Shown here one piece after another: positions 37,520 through 45,107 of a stretch of DNA of 45,107 bases. The stretch lies in assembly GCA_000934665.2 (NCBI GenBank), contig KZ538839.1:1-45107 (forward strand), written 5' to 3'. Under the pieces are notes generated by a model, which saw only the letters and a program-made list of their open reading frames with translations, had not been told where the DNA came from and searched no databases. Made by a program: the position numbers and the translations under genes. Each line of letters begins with the position of its first letter. Positions within the stretch are counted from its first letter, which is position 1. Origin of the DNA: Catajapyx aquilonaris. Taxonomy: Eukaryota.

Positions 37520-38017
37520 GATGTTCATTATCCCACGGAATTCCTAAATTCACTACAGCCTCCACCGGGTCTTCCTCCGCACAAACTGGAGCTAAAAGCA
37601 GGAGCACCCATCATGTTGCTGCGCAATTTAGATCCACCTCAACTATGTAATGGGACTAGACTGGCAGTCATGAGAAATTGAGAATGATGCCTCATGTGAT
37701 TGAGGAAAAATCCTCACAGGATGTGGAGAAGGGGAAAAGGTTCTATTGCCAAGAATCCCTCTCATTCCATCAGACACAGACTTGCCTGTTCTGTTTAAAA
37801 GGCTACAATTATTCCCAGTTACACTAAGTTTTGCAATGTCCATAACCAAAGCCAAAGGGCAGACATTGGCAGTTGTAGGTTTACAATTAGAGGATGCATG
37901 CTGTTCGCATGGACAACTGTATGTTGGATATTCACATGTAGGAACCCCCAGCAACCTATTCGTGTATGCTCCAAAAGGAAAAACCAAAAACAATGTATAC
38001 CAGGAGTGCTTCCATAA
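37520..38017 (+). pseudogene. Helitron RepHel C-terminal PIF1-like helicase fragment (frameshifted)
   Basis: Translates to [45 protein letters not shown]...LPRIPLIPSD..FKRLQLFPVTLSFAMSITKAKGQTL..SHGQLYVGYSHV..KTKNNVYQE. Frameshifts fall near 37675-37712 and motifs V/VI are degenerate. Confidence 0.93.
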
Positions 38018-38575
38018 TTACCAACATCAGGATACAGCTGCCTTTTCCAGGTGAGCATCACTTCCAACAAAGCAATGGCTTTCCATTTCTGCATTATTTT
38101 ATCTACTGAGAATTTGTCTCTAACAATAGACACCTGACATTACAACCCAAAACAGCCCTGGCTCTGGCAGGAATTGATGCCATGAATGATCACGTGACAC
38201 CAGATTGACCCCTTTACAGGTAATGAAAAACTTTGGCTTATTGCTTTCAATAACTACACAATGGCCCATAAGGCCAATTTTAAGGCAGCATAGGGGCATT
38301 CCCCTGGATTTCTATAGTGAACAAACACACCCACAAACATCCTCATTTATAGATATAGGCCTACCACCATAACATATACCCGGGCAATGCAGGGTAACGG
38401 CGGGTAACCTGCTAGTAATTTATATTTAGACTTACAGTTAGCTAGGTACTTATTTATCAGTGCCATCAGTGTGTAAATTTGAACCAAACAACCTCTTCCA
38501 AACAAGTATGCCACCTGTGTATCAGGGACTTTTGTTATGCCAAACAATTACATTTCAGACCAGGAGCCATAAATT

Positions 38576-39371
38576 ATTATATTAAAAACTTTCCCTTCAG
38601 TAAAAAAAAAGAGAAGTAAGACCTCCGCGGTGGAATAAAAGTACTGAAACAAGGCAGGCGCACGTAAGACCTTCACCAATTGATTTAAGCTGTACCATAG
38701 GTCTTACTCAAGCAATATTTCCAATTCACTGCTCATGAAGTCTCCTTTCTGAAACAAATCTTTGGAATTGCTGTCGTACTACTAGTTACTTCTAACTTAG
38801 CAGTACCAGTGTAGTGAAATGGTACTGCTAAGTTAGCAGTGACTACCGACCTATAGTTAATAGTAATAATAGTAGTACGACGAAAATTCCACCCATTAAT
38901 TTTCCATGTTTCCATATTAGTGTTTTATGAAATTATAGGAACTTCAATATTAAGCACATTGAATTTCTATGCGATTAGTGCGAATTATTGCCATGAAACG
39001 CTCATGAAGAATCGTCACCTCTTTTAGATGCTGATTTTTACTCTAACATTTAATTTTTCACATATAAATGTTAATTGATGAATTTTAGAGGGTCTTTTTC
39101 GATTTGACCAAGTCTGTTAGAATGGGTTTAGTTTTCCCCCCATTTTTTTCTTTTCATAATAAAATCCTACCTACTGCTCTGAGTAGATTGCAGCAGTCAT
39201 TTTACGAGACGTTCCATACCGTACCTGAGAATTGCTTGAGTAAGACCTATGGTACAGCTTAAATCAATTGGTGAAGGTCTTACGTGCGCCTGCCTTGTTT
39301 CAGTACTTTTATTCCGCCGCGGAGGTCTTACTTCTCTTTTTTTTTACTGAAGGGAAAGTTTTTAATATAAT
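38576..39371. mobile_element. Foldback/MITE-like element with near-perfect 141-bp inverted arms
   Basis: 38576-38716 is the reverse complement of 39231-39371 with about 1 mismatch. No clear TSD. Confidence 0.8.
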
Positions 39372-39586
39372 TTCAGTTCTTTTTTGACAGTACACATAAC
39401 TTATGCTCTACACTGTACAGTCTGCACTATGAATGCATTGGAGACGATTTTCGTCGCTTAGAAGTCTCTAAAATTATTTTCACAGAGAGAGTCGTAAAAA
39501 AACGAAAGTCGAGTGCTACCAGCCAACAGTTAATCTGATTTAATTATTATGAAATAGCCTATACGCTAAAATATACGGAATATATA

Positions 39587-39754
39587 CATTGAGAACTGTA
39601 CCAGACTAATTTGCTGAAATCGTTGTACTTTGCAAGAATTCAATCAATACTTATCCGCGGCTTGTCTCCGTCACATCTGAAAACTCCCAACCGTACTTAA
39701 TTTTCGCGAAATGCGACGATTTCAGCAAATCAGTTCGTCTGGCACGTTACAATA
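39587..39754. mobile_element. MITE of about 170 bp, copy 1 (degenerate right end)
   Basis: Direct-repeat similarity to 39932-40098. Ends are CATTGAGAACTGTACCAGAC...GTCTGGCACGTT. Confidence 0.7.
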
Positions 39755-39931
39755 AAATACGCAAGTACATGTCTGCAAAACCTCTGTAACAAACGGACAG
39801 TATGTCTGTGTTTTCATGGAAATGCCCAGGACATGTATCTTTTCCTATTCCCGGACCCGCGGAAACCAAAACTAGACAACTGTCACCAATGTCACTTACA
39901 AAATTATTCGGGGCAACCCTTCACTTATCTA

Positions 39932-40098
39932 CATTGAGAACCGTACCAGACGAATTTACTGAAATCGTGGAACCTTCCAAGAATTAAATCAATACTATGT
40001 GTGGCTTGCCTCGGTCACATCTGAAAACTACCAAACTTATTTAATTTTCTCGAAATGCAACGATTGCAGCAAATATTAGTCTGGCACATTTCTCAAGG
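39932..40098. mobile_element. MITE of about 170 bp, copy 2, TA-flanked
   Basis: TA|CATTGAGAACCGTACCAGAC ... GTCTGGCACATTTCTCAAGG|TA, with imperfect TIRs of about 35 bp. Confidence 0.75.
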
Positions 40099-40210
40099 TA
40101 GATATTCTGCACACTGTAACATAATTTCATAATATTAAATCAGCTTAAGAGTTGGCCGGTATTACCTGGCGTGATGGCGATATAGCAGGGAGCGAACGGG
40201 CTTAATAGTA

Positions 40211-40648
40211 CAGTTGAATCCGGATACAACAAACTTCAAGAGACTGCGAAAAAGGTCTGTTATAACCGAGGTCTGTTATAGCCGAATCGTCACGCAACGA
40301 AAACGTAAATTTCTGCTTTCAATGTGGTTGTACTATGCACTACTAGACTACATACCAATTAATGAAATCTGTCACAAATGCAATATTGGCTCACCCGAAA
40401 ATTATGCAGGACCAAAATATCCGAAATTTCCTTCTGCCGTCTCCTTTTTGCAAATTTCATACCTGGAAAACAATATTTTCCCACCGAGGGTCCAAGAAAT
40501 GGTCTGTTATATACCCGAGGTGAGGTGAAAATGAGTCTGTTATATTAGGAATGAAAAATAATACACAGTGCCTATAATGGAAGCATGCCGGGACAACCTT
40601 TATAACCTAGTCTGTTATAGCCGAGGCTGTTGTATCCGGATTCAACTG
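40211..40648. mobile_element. pogo/Tigger-type (Tc1/mariner) MITE, 438 bp
   Basis: Perfect 20-bp TIRs CAGTTGAATCCGGATACAAC / GTTGTATCCGGATTCAACTG, TA TSD, and repeated internal GTCTGTTATA motifs. Confidence 0.93.
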
Positions 40649-42235
40649 TAAATCTGTAATGTTGTCTTGTAATGTGTTGTCTTGTAATGTGTAAAGTGCA
40701 ATGCGTTCACACCAGCGGTAGGGTAACATTTGGCTAATAACAATATGGCTAGTTGGTAAACAAGAATTGTTTCTAGGTGATGGCATTATGAATGACAGAA
40801 AAAAATAAGAGGTAAAAAAATCACAACTCCAATCCTGTAGCAGTGGGAACTGTGAGATTTTGAACATAGATCCGCACCACCCCACTGCACCTTCGGCCCT
40901 TTGACGATGAAACCGTATTCCGAATAGTTATTGAGCAAAGAAATTGAGACGTATTTTTTGGTGGTTTAAAATTTTTTGCGGCGTTTTGAAGAGGAATTAA
41001 GTAAAAGTGTAAATGGTAGGAAATCAAGTCACGACGGTGGGGATCTGTTGTCAAAATTTGGAAGCTCTACCTACAGCAGAACTTGAGTTAGGGCGAATTA
41101 AAAAAATGTAATAACAACAACAAGTAGGAAAAATTCATTGTTGAAACGCTATGCTACGGTCTTACTTAAGGGCTACCGCCCTTAAAATAAGCAGTCCACT
41201 ATTGATAAGTTTCACAGGAAGCATTTCTTCTTAGATACTGTTACCAAGTTACATGACAAAAGTAGACATCATTTTGAAGGTGGTAGTTTTTCATAGGATC
41301 TGCAATCTGCTCCTGGGTCCTGTATGAGAGTAATGTATTTTGCAAAGGAGTTATTCAGCAATGCAATGGGACTAAACAATTATAAAGCTGGAATTAACCA
41401 CAAACAAATGGGCAATCCTTGTTATGATTAACGATTTATCATGCACCCAAACCTTTGTGGAGGTTGTACAATGTACATCAAGTCACATGGAGAAAGTGAA
41501 ATCAAATATTATTTGTGACTGACAGCTTGTAATGCAAGCATTCACATTTGAAACTAGCCATTTTGCAATTTATTTGCACGGGAGCATTTAGAATGAGAAA
41601 CTATGTATGCCATAATTTAGTAATAGCTGAATTTGCTAAATTTTTGCAGTTACATCTTGTTCACTAAAACTGACATTTAATAAATAGCCTATGATGGAAC
41701 ACTTCATGGTTGGTGTAATTTCTTCAGGATTCATTATCACAGGTTTTGCTTGAAACTGCTAGTTCTGCATGTTTGACTGCCTCCCAAGGCCATTTAAATT
41801 CATTTTCTAAAATTGGGCTTTCATAATTGAAACCATTGGCAGAAAATACCGAGTTCCACTTTTGCTTATGATGTCATTAGCTACAACTTCCAGGTAGCCT
41901 GTAGTGTAGATGCTTTGGGTTCCCAAACCATAGCAAAGCCAAACTTCAGCGGACCACCTTACATCCCAAGCTCTACAAGTACTGTTCAAAATGCAACTGC
42001 TTTGGGAACTTGCACATATTCCGAATATGACTGCGGGCTGGCTGTACCAACTCAAATGAAGGGGAAATATCTGACTGTTGCATTAGGTGTTGTGAATCCC
42101 TCGCATGATCAGTGGCCTTTCCTAATTTACTATCATACAACCAGCCCTGAATGCACTTGAAACTATTAAATGTCATCCAAGAACCAAGTGTGCAGACGAA
42201 CCGCACTGTTCATTAATTGACCCCTATTGGCTCAC

Positions 42236-42337
42236 AATGGTGTATCCTGGGGCAGGTCCCTTCTGCAGGTCGTCAACGATGCAAATGGCAGTGATGGGCC
42301 TGTCGTCAGGAAGGACTCGGTACAGGTCACGCATCAT
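42236..42337 (-). CDS. MVB12: MVB12 first coding exon (MMRDLYRVLPDDRPITAICIVDDLQKGPAPGYTI); exon begins at 42418
   Basis: PITAICIV...PGY matches the start of the MABP domain. Donor ATT|GTGAGC is phase 0 and an in-frame TGA lies upstream at 42389-42391. The joined CDS is 930 nt, 309 aa. Confidence 0.9.
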
Positions 42338-43499
42338 TTTCTTCTTATTCTTCCCGGCAGCCTTCTCCTCCTCCTCCTCCTCCCCACTTCAGGCAGGCAG
42401 GAATGCAGCAGCAGCTACCTGCATGCAGGAAAAGGACGACATAACTACACCAGTCCAAAAATAAATCCCCCTCGGCCCTGCTTGGGGTCAGAAGAAAGAG
42501 TGTTGACTCCTCTTCAGTCCGCCACTAATTATAACTCGTCCGCACCTGTGTCTCATCTGCTGCAGTTTCCGTAGCACTGGGTGGATAGAACGGGAGTCGT
42601 GCAAAGTAGCAAAGGGGCTACTGCTTGTTTTAAGTATGAGTCACTCGCTCATACTCGGCCACTGGCAGTGGGGGAATTACGCGGGGGAGGATGGGAAGGG
42701 TGGAGGGGACGGGGGGGAGAGGACAGATAATTACGGCGATATCCTGTTGGTCGGTGTCAGGGGCGGGCAGGCAAGGTCCCCCACAGTCCGTGGACATCAG
42801 AGGAGCAGCAGAACCCGCCTGATCAAGGAGCAAGGAGGAGGCAACCCAACTTGCTTCGGCTGCGGCTGATCCATGCGCAAGCGCAGCCTGCATTTTCACG
42901 CGCGCAAGGTCAGACCCACGGGGATCGCCATCTTGCCTCCAGGCAAAATGGATCGGACGGAGAGGAACGAAGGACCAAGCATTTGGCGGCACGAACGCAC
43001 CAGATGTGACGTCACACATGTTCTGGCGGGAAATAAAAAGCACCCTCACTGTTGCATTGCATCATCTATTGGGCACATGATGTTCCCATCCACAAATTGT
43101 TCGGTTGCGGCGCTCATTGTTACAACCATGGTTACGACAGTGGATGCGACTATGGTTGCATAAGGTTGCGCAAAAATTGGGTGAGTGGTGGGTGGGAAAG
43201 GGGTGTCTTGCACGGTTTTTCTGAATGCGAGCCAATGACGATGACGTCGCTTCTCCCCCCTCCCTCCCCCAACGACCGAATTCGCGTGTATTTGGTCGCG
43301 CCCCGTCCTTTCCATGTCCTCGGACCTCGTTTCCCATCACCCACGCATCGCTCTCACACCTCTCATCAGACGTGTGCCCGAGCGTGTGCCTGCCTTGGGA
43401 CGGGAGTGCCTCTTCTGGTACTGCCCCCGGACACGCTCATCACTGTGCGCCAGTGTCGATGTAGCAGGTAGTGTCGTTTAGCGTCGACTGCGCGTAATA

Positions 43500-43883
43500 A
43501 GGTCAGGTAGAGCGACATGGGGCATGAACCAGTAGACGTAGTTCCGTGATCGGCCGTAGGAGGGCCACAGATGATGCTACCCTACCACCCAACGGCTGGT
43601 CAGGGAACTACAAGGAAGATATTATGAAACGGGCGGACTGCAGGTGGCACTAGATGGCGCGTCTCTTTCCAGACTCTTCCCTCACTCTCTCTCTCTCTCC
43701 CTCTTTCTCTCGCATGTGGCAGCTGCTGGTGCTGGTGATCATCTCCAACTGCTGCCGTGCTGACCTTATCCGTTGTTGTCTGTCGTTACGCGGTGCTGAC
43801 ACCGGCTGACCGACAAGAACAAGTTGGCGACACCACCGCTGGTGCTGGTTTGAGACAAGGGAAGGGAAGGAAGGAAGGAAGAC
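43500..43883. promoter_or_regulatory. Bidirectional promoter region between MVB12 (-) and the downstream (+) gene
   Basis: CpG-rich. CTCF-like GCACTAGATGGCGC (43647-43660, 13/14 match to CCASYAGRKGGCRS), TCT-type initiators CTCTTTCC (43663) and CTCTTTCT (43701), and GC box GGGCGG (43631). Confidence 0.6.
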
Positions 43884-44193
43884 ATGCCTCGCAAGCCAGG
43901 GAAGGGAGGGAAGAAGGACGAGTGGGACTCGGACGGGGACGGGTCAACGGCCACCTCCAACGTCGCCGATGGAGCTGATGTCGACGCTGGAGGAGGAAAA
44001 GGAAAGGCCAAGTTGAGGAGGGAGAAGAAGAAGGCAGGCAAGAAGGATGGGGAGGAAGGAGGAGAGAGCGACGAGGAGACTGCAGGGAAGAAGGGAAAGG
44101 GAGCAGGGAAGGCCAAGGCAGCACCCGTGGACAGCGACGATGACGAGGGACCCAAGGCCAAGGGAAAGGCAAAAGCCAAAGGAAGCAAGAAGG
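43884..44193 (+). CDS. First coding exon of a Lys/Gly/acidic N-terminal protein, most like ABCF1 (eIF5B not excluded); rest of gene outside the window
   Basis: GACATG start, purine-biased codons, MPRKPGKGGKKDEWDSDGDGS...DSDDDE. Donor GG|GTGAGA at 44193/44194 (phase 1). No folded domain is present, so identity is tentative. Confidence 0.7.
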
Positions 44194-44948
44194 GTGAGAG
44201 GAACACCTAACTGCACAGCAGTTGCACTGGTCACATTCGCAATTTAAGATGGCCATTGTATGTGCACTTTCCAATTTTTAAAAGGTCCAACTGATATCAC
44301 TCATTGTCACTTGCATGATTTTATGGCAGTGCAGGCAGGAGAGGAGTGATGTGATCGGGGTCATCCAGGATTCCGATGAGAGAAATGTCTGCCAAAAGCA
44401 TTTTCATTGGCATTGGAGCATTGTCTGAATTTCACTGGATGTGGCTGTGCAATGGGCACATTTGACATGTTAAAGAGATTGGGGAAGGGTTACAGCTCTC
44501 TTCGGAAGGTATTGAAAAATTGACATTGTTGGGGCAAATTTAATCTGACACAATTCTTTTATTATGTATTAATAGCCTACCTCTTCTTTCTACTCCTACC
44601 ATTGCCATGGACATATACATCCAGGCATGTTAATATTGGAACTGGAGCTGATGTTGGTTGGAATGTTTAAGAATTGGAATGTGCACACCAGTCCGTTAAA
44701 CCAAAGAACGATCTGATGTCATGTTCACCTCTGCCTCGACCCGGCTCTTCCCTCCTATAATGTCTCTGAATCGCTCTGCAAGCACACTATTGCGCATGCT
44801 CAGAAGATATTGCTGGTGTGATGTCAGGTCATTCTCTCGTTTAAAGGACTTTTAAGTCTTTTTGGCTTATATGCACTTCATGATGTTATTGGAAGGAATC
44901 CAAAGTTCAAAAATCCCCACAGTTGTTACCTTTAATAAGGGACTGTTA

Positions 44949-45107
44949 GGCTGGGTTCACACTAGGCGTTTTTGTCGCGCGACAAAAACGCCGCGACAAG
45001 TTGCTCAAAGCAGAACACATGCAACCTTATGGGGCATGACACACCACGACTTCTTTCCTGCTTGGTCGCCGCAAAACGCAGCATGCTGCGTTTTTGCTGC
45101 CGCGACA
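44949..45107 (+). mobile_element. PIF/Harbinger-type MITE, left part (truncated by window edge)
   Basis: TTA|GGCTGGGTTCACACT terminus. Internal perfect palindromes GGCGTTTTTGTCGCGCGACAAAAACGCC (44965-44992) and AAAACGCAGCATGCTGCGTTTT. Confidence 0.72.

Larger units (their letters stand above)
35988..38415 (+). mobile_element. Composite non-autonomous Helitron
   Basis: 5' end A|TCTATATTTTAG followed by (GTTT)n. 3' end ACCCGGGCAATGCAGGGT...GCTAG|T (hairpin plus CTAG, AT target). It contains a RepHel helicase remnant and internal duplications (36976-37140 vs 38131-38300; 36808-36880 vs 37449-37520). Confidence 0.78.

Noticed and set aside
40250..40625. Spaced GTCTGTTATA repeats suggestive of a CRISPR-like array
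   Set aside because: Repeats are only about 10 bp, irregularly spaced and internal to a TA-flanked MITE; no cas genes and a eukaryotic context.
43766..44274. Hydrophobic minus-strand ORFs
   Set aside because: Antisense shadow of the purine-rich plus-strand exon.

Overview
Eukaryotic (invertebrate, probably arthropod) genomic DNA from a gapped assembly, with N runs at 8056-8109 and 29602-29620. I found no prokaryotic operon, CRISPR array, rRNA or intact tRNA gene. Three spliced genes can be reconstructed by hand. (1) A large minus-strand gene (coding exons 24463-25072, 18263-18538, a 4.2-kb exon 12995-17211, 4110/4078-5697, 1150-1209, probably continuing off the left edge) encodes a mostly disordered protein resembling arthropod AJM1/apical-junction-molecule family members. 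(2) A complete six-coding-exon minus-strand MVB12 gene (ESCRT-I subunit, MABP + UMA domains, 309 aa, 30784-42337). (3) The first coding exon (43884-44193) of a plus-strand Lys/Gly/acidic protein, ABCF1- or eIF5B-like, lies head-to-head with MVB12 across a CpG-rich promoter. The MVB12 introns are packed with transposon relics: a composite Helitron with a PIF1 helicase remnant, nested tRNA-derived SINEs, Tc1/mariner and hAT MITEs, and long inverted repeats. A PIF/Harbinger-type MITE lies at the right edge. The best leads are regulatory: an intronic-polyadenylation and alternative N-terminus switch in the AJM1-like gene, an in-frame uORF one TGA upstream of MVB12, a structurally conserved 3' tail shared by different SINEs, and a sharp CpG mosaic. 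I did not find a convincing wholly new biological system.
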